Below are positions 13,304 through 27,212 of a stretch of 64,000 nucleotides of DNA, in pieces. The number at the start of each line of letters is the position of its first letter. Position 1 is the stretch's first letter. Under the pieces are notes generated by a model. The model made no database searches, was not told the DNA's origin, and saw nothing but the letters and a program-made list of their open reading frames with translations. The position numbers and the translations under genes were made by a program. The DNA is from Eledone cirrhosa (taxonomy: Eukaryota), in assembly GCA_964016885.1 (NCBI GenBank), contig OZ024754.1, positions 9,424,001 through 9,488,000 on the forward strand, read 5' to 3'.

Positions 13304-14264
13304 TTATGTCATTGAGCAAGTCACTTTATTTCACATTGCTCTTTTTGCTAAGAGTTGCAAACAGTAAATATTATCACCAATGGAAAGACCATTGAAAAAA
13401 TTGTATTCTTGGGTCAATTTGAAGAGTTCCACTCAGCTCAGTAATGAAATGAGGTCCAAGGTCTTGTTGATCGATTCAATCAATTGATGTAAAGCTAGAT
13501 ATATGTATAGGTCTTTAGATATATACACTGATAGACTTTAAGCGAAAGAAGGTACATACAGGATGGGCCAGAATTCATAACTCACTTGATTATTTATAGA
13601 TCTATTAACACAAAATGTTATGAAACAAGTTAAGGAATATAATACCATATACAGGCATAAGATCACGAACAAGATACGTTAAGCACACAAATGTACACAT
13701 TTAATTAATGCGCTGCTTAGTTAAATAGAATAAGCATGTTGAGAAATATAACTAAGAAGCGAGTCATGAATTCTGGCCCAACCTGTAGATTAAAAACAAG
13801 AAAGATATAGCATTAGATAATTCAATTCTTCCATTACTGTTCAGTTAAAACCAACATGATAAAAAAAAATAAATTGGTAGCAAAAGTATGAAAAAGCTTG
13901 ATACAGATACAATAATAGTAATGATTAGATAAAGACTGATAATAGCTCTTAGCAAGTTCAGCAACATAATCATTAGTATAACTAGTTCCCTTGTTCTTTA
14001 ACCAGTTAACCTTTAGGCTATAACCACTCAATGACCGGATCTTGTTTGGAAACTAATGCAATAAATAGTAATGGAAACAGATGTACAGTTATCGCTACCA
14101 TCTTATAAATCGCTATCACTATATACATACATAGATGTATATAAAAGTATATATATATATATATATATATATATAAGTATATATATAAGTATATATATAT
14201 ATAAGTATATATATAAGTATATATATATATAAGTATATATATATATAAGTATATATATATATAA

Positions 14265-14300
<36 letters not shown>

Positions 14301-14693
14301 ATACTTGGGGAGGGTCATATTTTTGTAATATTGCCAGAATTAATAACAGAACACACTCACTGTTTGGTTGGTTTTCGCTTCTCGCTGTCTTTTATTATAT
14401 CTGCGATCTAACTTAATCGGTCCTCAATGTTGCCATTGACTGCCGACGGTCAAAAAATAATACAGATACAATATAGACACAAACACATATATATAGTTTA
14501 CATAATTTACATAAATCTTTTGTTGTACATCTGCAACATCGTCAGTGGTGTTATATTTTTTCCTCCTGTTGTGTTGTATGTCTACGCCATTTTTTATTCA
14601 GTCTGTCTATATATTTATTTATTTATTTGCTTGTTTGTTTATTTTATTTTGTCTTCTTTGCGCATGCGCCGCTATATATATATATATATATAA

Positions 14694-14747
<54 letters not shown>

Positions 14748-17700
14748 TTTGAGTATATGTTGGTTGTATACCAACACCTCAGTATGCAGATTGGAGCACT
14801 CGACGAAGTGCGCAGGTTGGTTTGGTTACTCCGGAGTAATGTAAAATAAAATAAAATAAATAAGTCAAATGTTTAAAATTTAGCTTCGTTTATTACTGCT
14901 ATATATATTTCGGTGACAGCCATCTTTGGCTGTGACCTCTTTAGGCAGTCCGAATTAGTGTGGTAGAGACGAGTACACATGTTGTTGAGGTGTTTAACTT
15001 TGTCAATACTCTGATATGCCCAGTTCCTGGTTGGGTTGTTGTTTCACTGAGGAACTGGAATCATATCTCTTCCAATCATATATGATTCCAGTTCCTCAGT
15101 GAAACAACAACCCAACAAGGAACTGGGCATATCAGAGTATTGACAAAGTTAAACACCTCAACAACATATGTACTTGTCTATACCACATTAATTCGGACTG
15201 CCTGAAGAGGTCACAGCCAAAGATGGCTGTCACCGAAATATATATAGCAGTAAAATATAGTATAAAATATATATATACATACATACATATATATATATAC
15301 ATACATATATATATTTATATATATATATAATATATATATATACATACATATCATCATCATCATCATCATCACCGTTTTACGTCCGTTCTTCCACGCATGC
15401 ATGAGTTAGATGGGTTGTCCTGTTGTGGGCAGTGTCTGGTCGGCTGACCATGCCTTGCTCATACAGGAGCTGATTTGGCTTGATTTCTACAGCTGGATGC
15501 CCTTCCTAACACCAACCTCATTTACAGTGTGGGCTGGGTGCTTTTTTGCCGTGGCACCTCCACGACCATCTTGCAGTGGGGGGTGTGGGGGCATATTGTC
15601 TATATATAATATAAATATATACATATATATATACATACATATATACATATATATATACATATATAATATATATATATACATATATATATAATATATATAC
15701 ATACATATATACATACATATAATATATATATATATAATATATATACATACATATATATAATATATATACATACATATATATAATATATATACATACATCT
15801 ATACATACATATATATAATATATATACATACATATATACATATTTATAATATATATATATACATATATATATATATACATACATATATATATATTTCATC
15901 CTTACGGGGTCGATAAAATAAAGTACCAGTAATTCACTGGGGTAATTGCTGGCCTTGTGCAAAAAGTAGAAACAATTATTATTATTATCATCATTATCAT
16001 CATCACTGGGTGCCTTTTGTTGTGTCACCACCATGACCACTTTACACCACTTTAATTGCTGGCCTTGTGCCAAAAGTAAACACATTATTTTAATGGGGAG
16101 TTGTTTTGTCAAAGGAGATTCTTCTATGAATATTACTGATTAGGTTTAAAAAGTTATGTTCGGGTAGCAGTAATAATTGTTTATATATGGTAGCTTCTTG
16201 TCTTTTCTCTTGAATTTTTCTCTTGGAAGAGGGGAGGGACATTCACTACACCCCAGGCTGAAGGGTTTCTTAGTCATGCTTTGTGGACAGAATAGCAAAA
16301 ATATTACTGCAGAGAATGGTCAGAGAAGCCTGCTGTAAGAGCTATCCCACTTCACAGGGCTCCCTTCTAAAGTGGATCACAGTCTTTCCAACTTCATGGA
16401 GGAAATCGGCAGTGCAGGGGACCAAGGATGCCAGAGGTCTCAACAGAGACTAGTTCAAAGAGGTAGTGGTTGGTCAGGCCCCACTATTTTGATATTGCAT
16501 CACCCTACATGATCTCATTTTAACACCAGCCACATCTTTATCAAAGGAGAAGTAGAGACCTTCAAGCATGCATAATGGTATCAATATCATTATCATCTAC
16601 ACCATTACCTACTCTAGTAAAGTCCAAGCTGCTAATAATAAGAAATTTTGAACTACTCCTTCTTTGCCCACTTATTCCTGAGAGGGTTGTGGGGTCAAAG
16701 TCCTCAAACATTCCTTCCAGCGGGTCCTGTCAGAAGCAACCATCTCCAACTGATCCAGCTGGATCCCCAAGCATGACCAGCCAAGCTCATGGATATTATC
16801 CAACCATCTTGCTCGGGGCCTACCCCTGAGTCTCCTGCCTGTTGATTTTGCCCGCAAAATCTGTCCAGTGATTCTTTCCTTAGACATTCTAACCACGTCT
16901 GTAGAATCAGAGCTGTGATCTCTCAGTTCGGAGAAGTAGCAGCTCTACCTGGAGTGAGTCCAGCGATTCTTTCCCGAGACATTCTAACCACATGCCCATA
17001 ATATCAGAGCTGTGATCTCTCAATTCAGAGAAGTAGCAGCTCTACCAGGAGTCGCTCTCTGATCTCCGAGTTATGCACTTTATCAAGTAACATTACTCCA
17101 AAGACTCTTTAGAGAAATCCCATTTCAGCCGCTTGTATTCGCGAAATTTTGAAATTGAAGTATAAAATTCAACCATGTTGAATTGAGTGAACTTACAATC
17201 ATGTTTGTTCCTAATGCTACTGAACCAACTTTCTATTACTGAAGTCTAATTGTCTTTTTAAAGCTATTAATTATTTTTCAGATATTCTAGCTAACTAATT
17301 CCATTTCTTTTCTGTTTTTGTGAAATTAATCAATTTACATGAGGTATTCTAGGCAAACGTTCTTTGTGGTCTTTAATCATAACACACATTTCTCATTTAA
17401 CAAGATATTATAACCTACAATCTTACTTCATTATTTTTTTTAGATACATTTTTTTCCTTAATGTTTATGTAATTGTAGATGTTTACGCATCTTTTTTTAG
17501 TTTACCATAATATTATTATTTAGTAATTGTTTTTAGAAGCTGTCTTCTACTTCATAGAAACTAGTTATAGAACATAAAAGTATTTTTCAAATCTCAATAT
17601 ACTTAATGTAAGATATGTTATTTTGGAAAGTAGTATACTTATGCGAGTGTGTGTTAGCTATAATGTTTAAATATTCTAATACAAGACACTTAAGTTCTTC

Positions 17701-20700
17701 AGTTCTTCGTAGGTTTTTTTCAATTTTAATATTGTTGTCCTTTGCCCTAGGGCCACCTCATTGCTCACCACCATCGGCACAGAGTTGGCTTTACACAGGT
17801 GTGAGCCTTGCGACCTGGAATGGCTCTTCCTGTGTGTCTCCATCCCCATCTTCCAGGGAAATACCTTCTCTATACTGTCCACCAGGGCCGCTAGGCAGCC
17901 AGCATGTGGACCCCTATTTGCTCACAATAGTGAGAGATGGATTGAACGGGAGAGACAGAGAGTAGAAATGATGGTATCATTCATTCATTTCATTTTACGT
18001 CCGCTTTCTCCCTGCTTGCAAGGGTGGGATGGGAACTGATTCTGGCTTGATTTCTACAGCTGGATGCCCTTCCTAACACCAACCTCATTTACAGTGAGTG
18101 CTGGGTGCTTTTTTGCCGTGGCACCTCCACGACCACTTTGCAGTGGAATGATATGGACCCCCAGTCCCTATCATCTCATTTCTACAGCTGAGTAAACTGG
18201 AACAATGTGAAATAAAGTGTCTTGCTCAAGGAAACAACACATCACCCGGTCTGAGAATTGAACTCACAACCTTTCGATTGCAAGGCCAATGCTCTAACCA
18301 CTAAGCCATGTGCCTCCATATGCATTCTTAAATTCAGTTATTTGATTCCCAGCTACCCACATTTTCAGTATCAGATGTTATACAATTATGCCTATTTAGC
18401 ATTATGAATACATAAGCTGAGATTGCTACTTTCTGCTTAGGATATAAATTCTTGAGCCACATTAATAACTAGTTTGCACTTAGTTAACATTGTGATCTCT
18501 GTTGAGGAATTTAGGCTTTAATGGGTTTACAAGTAATACAATCTCAGAAACCAGAAAAAATGTAGATATTTGTAAATTGGTATCATTATGCTGGTTTCCA
18601 ATTAACTTGGCAGCATTTTGATATTGTCACTATTACTTCTCTCTCTTGTTTATTTTAGGGAGAGAGGAAGTCCTTATGACATTATCCAGGTTTCCAAGAC
18701 TAGTAGGAGGGAGAGAGGGAGGTTTCATTTAAACTGGAGAAACATCTTAAATGCTTGCAACAGATTGGATTTGACTAAAGGTACCCAAAGCACAAGTAGG
18801 CTATCTTCAACTGAGCTTTAACAATATTACTAATCCACTGTCATGGACTAGAACTTTAGGTTATCAACCTTGGACGGATGAATAGCAAAGATGACCTCAG
18901 GGGAATTTGAACTCAGAGCACAGAGACCCAGAATAAATGCTGCAAAGCATTTTGTACAAAACCCTGACTTAGTAAATGTGATGCTCATACTGATACAATG
19001 GAGATGAGTTTTACATAAATATGGTTCTTACATAAATATGGTTCTTACATATATATATGGTTCTTACATATGTATGGTTCTTACATAAATATGGTTCTTA
19101 CATAAATATGGTTTTTAAATATTTCTTATATGCTTATTCAGTTACTATATCCATGCTCTTCACCCTTTAGCATTTAAACTGGCCATATCCGGCCAGAATT
19201 CTGGCCAAACTGGTTGTAACCAGCCACTCATTTTTCTGTTAAGGTATTGTTCTCAAAATAAATATCAAAACTTCATAGATTCGATATTATGTGATATAAT
19301 TATGTGAAGTAAAGCCTTTACCTTAAAAATACAATGGAAGATAGAGAGTAATATGAATGCTAAAGGGTTTGTTTCATCGAACCTTAGGCTTCTTTGTAAA
19401 TGGATGTCTTGACTGTATAGCCTCCCACAATATTAAGGTCTTGTGCTTATGTTAGTAATTAAACTGATCAAATCTGCCCTTCTCTGATCACTGTTAGTGT
19501 CTCAGAAGAATTGAGAAATGGCTGACTTTTATAGAAAAAAAATTATCAGGAATGAGAGGAATAAATTAATGTCACATTTGGAATTTTTCAAAATATCTGA
19601 ATTAAAGATTAAAAAATAATGATATTTTTAAATTGTTTCATTTTTTTCCAATTTGCTGTATTAAAAAAAATAATAATTGTAATGAAGTTATAATAGAATA
19701 TTTTATTAATTTTTTCAAACTTGTTGCAGTATTGAAATAACAATTTATAATGTCATGTCTTTTTTAATTATATTAGAATCATGAGGGATTTGGAAGATTT
19801 CAAAATGATTATATTTGGCTAAGGATGATATCAATTTTGTGTCTTTTAGGGTAGGGAAATATGTTCCACAGAAAGGTGTCTAGGTTTAACATTCTATAAA
19901 CAGCAGTGTGATCAAAGTTCCAATTAATGTTAGTGAGATTTAAACTCTATTGTACAGATAGAAAAATGGGATATTTCTTTGTTTATAATTTTCTCCAAGT
20001 GATGGGCTTTGCCAGGTTTAACCCTTTAGCATTTACATTACTCTATATTTACTATTATATTTTCATGGTAAAGGCTTTAACTTACATAATTATCTCACAT
20101 AATATTGAATCTATGAGATTTTGATATTATTTATTTTCAGAATAATACCTTAACATCAGTATGAGCGGCTAGTTACAGCTGGTTTGAACAGAAAGAGGTG
20201 AGGGAATTCTGGTCGGATATGTCGGTTTAAATGCGAAAGGGTTAAAGATGTGATTGATTGGTATTGTGGCAAGATTTCAAAGTGTATTACACCAGTCACA
20301 CCCCCACCAAACCCTTAACATAAGTTGAAGCAACACTAGCATATATAGTATCTCTATGACCTTGGCTAGAGTAGGCTTTGAAACCTGAGGTAGCAAGTAA
20401 TTGTTTTGAGAAATTATTTATAATATATATATATATAACGAAGGAAGTGTGGTAAGGAATCTGGGGGACCATAACGCACCAGAGTACTCGATACTATGGG
20501 TAGTAGAGTGGGTAATAGGAAAATAGTCAGGACCCCGACGGCTGAGCTCTGGCCGTTTTGACAGCTAGATCTGAACGCCGACAGGTGAGTTCAGAACTAG
20601 CTGTCAAAACGGCTTGAGCTCAGCCGTCGGGGTCCTGATTATTTTCCTATATATCTATATATATAGGAGAAAGTATGACCCCGACAGCAGAGCTCAAGCC

Positions 20701-20820
20701 GTTTCGACGGCTAGTTCTGGAATAGCCGTCGCAATAGCCGTCGAAACGGCTTGAGCTCTGCCGTCGGGGTCATACTTTCTCCTATTACCCACTCTACTAC
20801 CCTAAGTATTGAGTACTCTC
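13304..20820 (+). repeat. Copy 2 of the duplication, embedded in continuous sequence
   Basis: Matches 1-7515. Confidence 0.97.
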
Positions 20821-20865
20821 GTGCATTATGGTCCATCTGGTTCCTTACCACAACTCCTTCGTTAT
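20435..20865. mobile_element. Two opposed foldback elements forming a four-armed nested palindrome
   Basis: Outer arms TAACGAAGGAAGTGTGGTAAGGAA... / ...TTCCTTACCACAACTCCTTCGTTA; two inner hairpins separated by a short TA tract at ~20650-20664. Confidence 0.75.
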
Positions 20866-21034
20866 ATATATATATATATATATACACACAGACATATATA
20901 TATATATATATATACAAAAACACACATACACACACACATGTATATACATATATACATTCATACACACACACATATATATATATATACAGTATATGTATAT
21001 ATTTATATAAACACATACATACATCCACACAAAC

Positions 21035-21071
<37 letters not shown>

Positions 21072-21605
21072 CACACATACATACATATATATATACATAT
21101 ATGAATATACACACACACACACACACATACACACACACACACATTTACACACACACATACACACACACACACATTTACACACACACATACACACACACAT
21201 ATATTTATATTTATATACACACATACACACATATGTATATATATATAATGAGAGAGATACAACACACATACATATATACATACCTACCTACCTACATACA
21301 TACATACCTACCTACATACATACCTACCTATATACACACATACATGCCTACATCCATTATATACACACACATACATGCTTACATCCATACATAGACACCT
21401 ACACACCTACATATACACCTACATACCTACCTACTATACACACATACATTATATACACACACATACATGCCTACATCCATACACAGACACCTACATACCT
21501 ACACACCTACATACACACCTACATACACACCTACATACCTACCTACATACACATACCTACACACACATACCTACATACATACATACAGACAGACAGACAA
21601 ACAGA
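20865..21605. repeat. Compound (TA)/(CA)/(TACC) microsatellite
   Basis: Direct inspection. Confidence 0.95.
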
Positions 21606-22067
21606 CATGACAAATGACCCTATAATACTATATCACACAATATCATTTTAGTGTTACATTGTTATAACTCTGGATATGGCATTAACAAATTGAATAGATA
21701 TGATAATGTTTTAGTATCTAGTATCATAAATTTACAGATATTTATTATTGTCATACAAGATATTACTTGATAGAAAGATAAGTGCGTGCAATGCATCTAT
21801 TATTCATAAACAAATATAGCAAATACATTTCAGTTCAAATCTTGTTTAGGGCAACCTTCAAATTTCTATCTAACTCAGATTGATAAAATAATTGGTGTCA
21901 TATGGAAATGACCTAACTCGCCTTCATGTCTTCAGGTAGAAAGAAGTTTACAACTTATCTAAATTGTGATTGTGCCTATCTAATATAACAATATATATGT
22001 ATATATATATATATGTATGTGTATATGTATTTGTATGTATAACTATATATATATATATATATATATA

Positions 22068-22273
22068 TAGTAATAATAATAAATTTGAAGACTAAAATCC
22101 AAAGAGGGCTCGATAAGGATAAATATATATCAAATATATAAGAACCGTTGAGCAAATATTTATTAAAATAACAGATTAAAGTTTAAGCAAAGAATCGCTG
22201 CTTTCACCCTTAACAGAAGATCCCGTTAAGGGTGAAAGCAGCGATTCTTTGCTTAAACTTTAATCTGTTATTT
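22068..22273. mobile_element. Foldback element with variant hammerhead (family also at 27830-28220 and 47815-47895)
   Basis: Inverted arms at ~22167-22214 and ~22225-22273; CAGAAGA-TCCC-gttaa-GGGT-GAAAGCA...TGCTT-AAACT. Confidence 0.65.
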
Positions 22274-22500
22274 CACTTCCTCAATATATTTCTCTCTCCC
22301 ATATCTCCTTCTCTCTCTATCTCGCTCTGTTGTTTTTCTTTGCATACATCTCTCCATCTTCTTCTTTTTATCTTCGTTTTTCTTCGTCTTTCTTTCTTTA
22401 TAACTGTCTTCAACAGTTTCACTACCAAATCAACTTTTTAAATGGAAGTTGCATTATTCTAAGGTATGTCAAAATTATTTATAAAACAGCTTGTATATTG

Positions 22501-22566
22501 TATTTTGTCTGAGGAAGGCATACCATATTTTTAATATAATATCCCAGAAATATATATAACGAAATA
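22501..22566 (+). ncRNA. Minimal type I hammerhead motif with decayed stem II
   Basis: TATTTTGT-CTGAGGA-...-GAAA-TATATA-TA-ACGAAATA; homologous to 29935-29996. Confidence 0.6.
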
Positions 22567-22605
22567 AATATGGTTTTATAATATAGTTTCCATTTGTTTA
22601 ATATC

Positions 22606-22677
<72 letters not shown>

Positions 22678-22901
22678 AGTGAATAATAACAGGTAGACAT
22701 CATAAAAAGGTAATTTATTCTGTGTGCTTACAAGTGTTTCCACGGTGGTACTACAGCCTAGTTATGCTATGTGCAAATTCACAAGTACTTGCAGAACTCA
22801 AATATCCAGAGCAGAATGGTAAAATGTATATATATATAGACACATGTATATATGATGATGATGATATATATATATAATATATATATATATATACATACAC
22901 A

Positions 22902-22933
<32 letters not shown>

Positions 22934-23006
22934 CATACACACGCACACACATATATATATACATATACACACAGATACACACACATATATATATATATAT
23001 ACATAT

Positions 23007-23039
<33 letters not shown>

Positions 23040-23065
23040 AACACACACATATATATACACACATG

Positions 23066-23309
23066 TCCCAAATGCAAAGTATGGGTGCATAAAAGATGTA
23101 GTGGGATCACAGGTAAGCTAACTAAGAATATAGATTTTATATGTGGCCAGTGCTCCGGTGCAATAAGTAGCAGCAAGTGCCCACAGAATACTAGCTCATT
23201 CCATTGCACAGATGGTTCTATAGAAATAGTGGACACCTTCCGTTACCTGGGTGACAAAATCAGCAGTGGGGGAGGGTGCTCAGAAAGTACAGTAGCTAGA
23301 GTCAAATAA
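23066..23309 (+). mobile_element. RTE LINE RT fragment with Cys/His-rich (PHD-like) segment
   Basis: [27 protein letters not shown] followed by IEIVDTFRYLGDKISSGGGC, the late RT 'F.YLG' motif. Confidence 0.75.
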
Positions 23310-23467
23310 TAATTCATATACCTATATATATAAGTATATATATATATATTTAGTGTATGTATATATATATATATATATATGTAAAAGCAATAACAAAAAT
23401 AACCAAACAAATGGCACAGTACATGGTAGAAATATATTAGTTTAACACTTGAAATAGCAGGAAGAGA

Positions 23468-23505
23468 GTTTTAACGTTTCGGACACTAGTCCTTCATCAG
23501 AAGTC
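23468..23505 (-). ncRNA. Minimal hammerhead motif
   Basis: Reverse complement: CTGATGA-A-GGAC-tagt-GTCC-GAAACGTT; stem I is weak. Confidence 0.55.
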
Positions 23506-24040
23506 AGAGTTAGAAATAGAAGATAAATAGAAAGTAAAGAGTGATGAGAGGAAGGAATGGGGGAAAGGAGAAAAAAACATATACCCATGCTAGCGTGGAA
23601 GATGGACGTGAAACGATGATGATGATGGTGATGATGCGTATTCAATCGGCCATCTTGAAGAATATGTGTGTCTGCAACTGAAGGAGTTTAGTGTCACAAG
23701 AATGCTTGAGTAATTTATTTTGTTTTAGGATTCTGAAAATTCATCTGATGAAACTGCAGTTAATTGTAATATAGAACTCATCATCATCGTTTAACGTCCA
23801 TCTTCCACACTAGCATGGGTTTGGACGGGAGTTTTCCCACTTGAGGCAAGAGTGGTTGTCTTGCTCGCATAGGACTGTCTGGCGGGTTTTCTACGGCTGG
23901 ATGCCCTTCCTAACACCAACCACGTTTACAGTGTGGACTGGGAGGTTTTTACCGTGTTACCTACACAGCCACATTACAGCGTCGACTGTGTGTTTTTTGT
24001 TGTGACGCCTACACAACCTCATTTGTTTCGGACTGGATGT

Positions 24041-24071
<31 letters not shown>

Positions 24072-24304
24072 CATCATCATTATCAACATCGATTAATATC
24101 AATCTTCCATACTAGCAAGGGTTAGATGGGTTTGTCCTATTTAGAGGCAAGTTGGGTGGGGTGACCGTGTCTCACTCATATATGAGAGTTTCTGGCTGGT
24201 TTTCTACAGCTGGATGCCCTTCCTAATGCCAACCACATTGACAGTGTGTGCTGGGTGCTTTTTGCTGTGTCTTTTACACGTCCACTTTACAGTGTGGGCT
24301 GGAT

Positions 24305-24347
<43 letters not shown>

Positions 24348-24349
<2 letters not shown>

Positions 24350-24550
24350 GGTGCATATGAACAACTATGTAGTGCAGGAATGGAAAGAAATGAAGCTTGT
24401 ATGCTCCGATGGATGTATAACCAGTAATATACATGAACGGCAAAGCATAAAGTAATTGAGAGAAAAACTAGACATAAGAGGAATCAGATGCAGTGTGCAG
24501 GAGAGGAGATTACGTTGATATGGACATGTGATGCGTATGAAGGATGACAA
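24348..24550 (+). mobile_element. RTE LINE fragment
   Basis: EMKLV..WMYN...ERQSIK*LREKLDIRGIRCSVQERRLR*YGHVMRMKDD, with a frameshift and stops. Confidence 0.8.
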
Positions 24551-25354
24551 CTACTTCTATGGAGCTTTCCCAGGATTGGAGAAGTTCTATTACACTGGGA
24601 TTCTTACTGATAACTATGCAGTACATCGCCCACATACTAGTCTATTTTTACTGTAAGTCTGCCTACAATACCATTACATCGTTTGTATACTTATATTTTA
24701 CACTGTGTATATTGTATTGAGTTCTCTACCTCTACCCTTTCTATATATTGAGTATAGCCACATCTCTGATGGGAACGAAGACCTGTCTTCTTTCCTACTT
24801 ACTAAAACTTTGGACTTTGCTAAGTTTTCTCTAGAAAAAGAAGTAATACTGAAATGCAATTATAAGTTTAAAACCTATCTGGTCTGTCTTTGAAATGACT
24901 GCACAGCTTCAATTCATTTCAAACTAGTCTGTCAGAATTCACTTATAGTGCTGCAGAGATACTGAAAAGAAACTGTTATAGTTTATAAAAGAAATACACA
25001 AGGGTGTGTTAATTTGATTAACTATCACTAATAGGCAACTTAAATCCTCCTGTGAGAATTAAGATGCATATTCTATACAGCTGTAAGCTGATTCTTCTTG
25101 GTAACCCAGCAATGGCTTGTGTGACCTCTGTCGAGAACTTAAACTTCGAAATTGTGCAGCCGGTTCAATACTAATGTCATGCTACCAATAAGGTGGGGGA
25201 TATATTCTCTTAGTTTCATTTTACAGAAAACATGTGTATGTTTAAAATACATTCACAAACATCGAAATATAGTGGAACCTCGGTTCATGAACTTAATTCA
25301 TTCCTGAAGATCATTCCTTACCCAAAATGTTAATAAACCAAAACTATTTTAACC

Positions 25355-25357
<3 letters not shown>

Positions 25358-25422
<65 letters not shown>
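25358..25422. repeat. (GA)n microsatellite
   Basis: Direct inspection. Confidence 0.98.
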
Positions 25423-25425
<3 letters not shown>

Positions 25426-25536
25426 TGTGTGAAAGACAGATGATAGCTATCACTATAGTAACTAACTATATAACAAGTGACACTTTCTCATCGACACTCC
25501 AAGTTTGTTAACCAACTGTTGTTGTAGGCTTGCGAT

Positions 25537-25881
25537 GTGTGGCCCTCAGACAACACATATGTGACCCATGCGGCCCTCAGACAACACATGTGACCCATGT
25601 GGCCCTCAGACAACACATATGTGACCCATGTGGCCCTCAGACAACACATATGTGACCCATGTGGCCCTCAGACAACACATGTGACGCATGTGGCCCTCAG
25701 ACAACACATATGTGACCCATGTGGCCCTCAGACATCACATATGTGACCCATGTGGCCCTCAAACAACACATATGTGACCCATGTGGCCCTCAGACAACAC
25801 ATGTGACCCATGCGGCCCTCAGACAACACATGTGACCCATGTGGCCCTCAGACAACACATATGTGACCCATGTGGCCCTCT
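25537..25881. repeat. 29-31-bp minisatellite (ATGTGGCCCTCAGACAACAC[AT]ATGTGACCC), about 11 copies
   Basis: Direct tandem units. Confidence 0.92.
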
Positions 25882-26328
25882 GGGGATATTTACCAAAAAG
25901 AAGAACAAGTCAACATCATTGGATACCATCAGGGTTGCAGGTGTTATATCAGAGTTTTCCTTCTCCTAGAATTCTGCCTTGACAAAGGCTAAGGGGTCAT
26001 CTCTCCCGGTGATTTTGGATGGCCATTGACTCTTAAGGGCTCCTTTGCCCTTTATATATATACATACATACATATATACACACACATATATACATACATA
26101 CATAAATATACATATATACATATATACATATATATACACACCTATATATATACATACATACATAAATATACATATATACATACATACATACATAAATATA
26201 CATATATACATACATATATATATAAATATACAAATATACATATAAACATACATATATAAATAAATATACAAATATACATATAAACATACATACATATACA
26301 TACATACACACATATATATATATGTACA

Positions 26329-26480
26329 CCTCTTACTCTATAATTGGAAATGGCTACTTTAGAACACAAAATACAAGTTAAATACACCAAGAAGAATGCA
26401 TATATATATATATCTTCTTGGTGTATTTAACTTGTATTTTGTGTTCTAAAGTAACCATTTCCTTAAATATAGAGTAAGAG
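26329..26480. repeat. Inverted repeat centred on a TA tract
   Basis: CTCTTACTCTATA..GGAAATGG.TACTTTAGAACAC...AAGAAGA / TCTTCTT...GTGTTCTAAAGTA.CCATTTCC..TATAGAGTAAGAG. Confidence 0.85.
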
Positions 26481-26897
26481 AAAAAAAAAACTTTTTCTTT
26501 TTAGTCCTGTTAGATCTGTATTAAATTTCCCATTTACTTTCTTCAGTGTATTTTACTCTGTCCACTTTAGTTTTGAGTAATTCTTTATTTATAAAAGACC
26601 CCCTTTCAACTATATGTGTATAGACGATATATTTTGTTGATTCTCTCCTGTGTGTGTTTGATATGGAATGCAAACAAAAGCTTTCCGGAGTGTCTCATGT
26701 ATTTATTTACTTGCTTGTTTGTTTATTATTAGTATTTTTTATATCTAAGCATTTTAGTTCACTTAATTTCCTATGTATTATAATAAAGTCATTGGGTAAT
26801 ACTAGAATATCTTATTCTTTTTATTCTTTTTATTGTTTTTCTGGTTTCAGTCATTTGACTGTGGCCATGCTAGCATATCTTCTTTAAGGGTTTAAGC

Positions 26898-27212
26898 CAG
26901 GGGTGTGCAACATATTCCATTGGCGGGCCACTTTTGAACATTGGGACAACTATTAGGGCCATTAATATTTATTAAATATTCCCAAGATTCACCACAACTT
27001 CTTTCCATAACATGGAACTGGGAAATTATAACACACACAACCCTATCAGTGAAGCCCTTTAGTATCGGTCAACTAACAGAAAATTGTATTACGGTTATGA
27101 AAATATTCTAAATAAGCCTACAAGGTAAAAATTAAGAACGGTCATCGCAGGCTACTCTGGTTGGTCTGGTGGGCTGGATTGTGGCCCATGGGCTGCCTGT
27201 TGCACGCCTCTG
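26898..27212. mobile_element. hAT-type MITE
   Basis: TIRs CAGGGGTGTGCAAC / GTTGCACGCCTCTG with a perfect 8-bp TSD GTTTAAGC. Confidence 0.9.

Noticed and set aside
23740-23780. CTGATGA motifs at ~23744, ~28633 and ~27790 (-) as hammerheads
   Set aside because: I found no properly placed stem II, GAAA and UH downstream.
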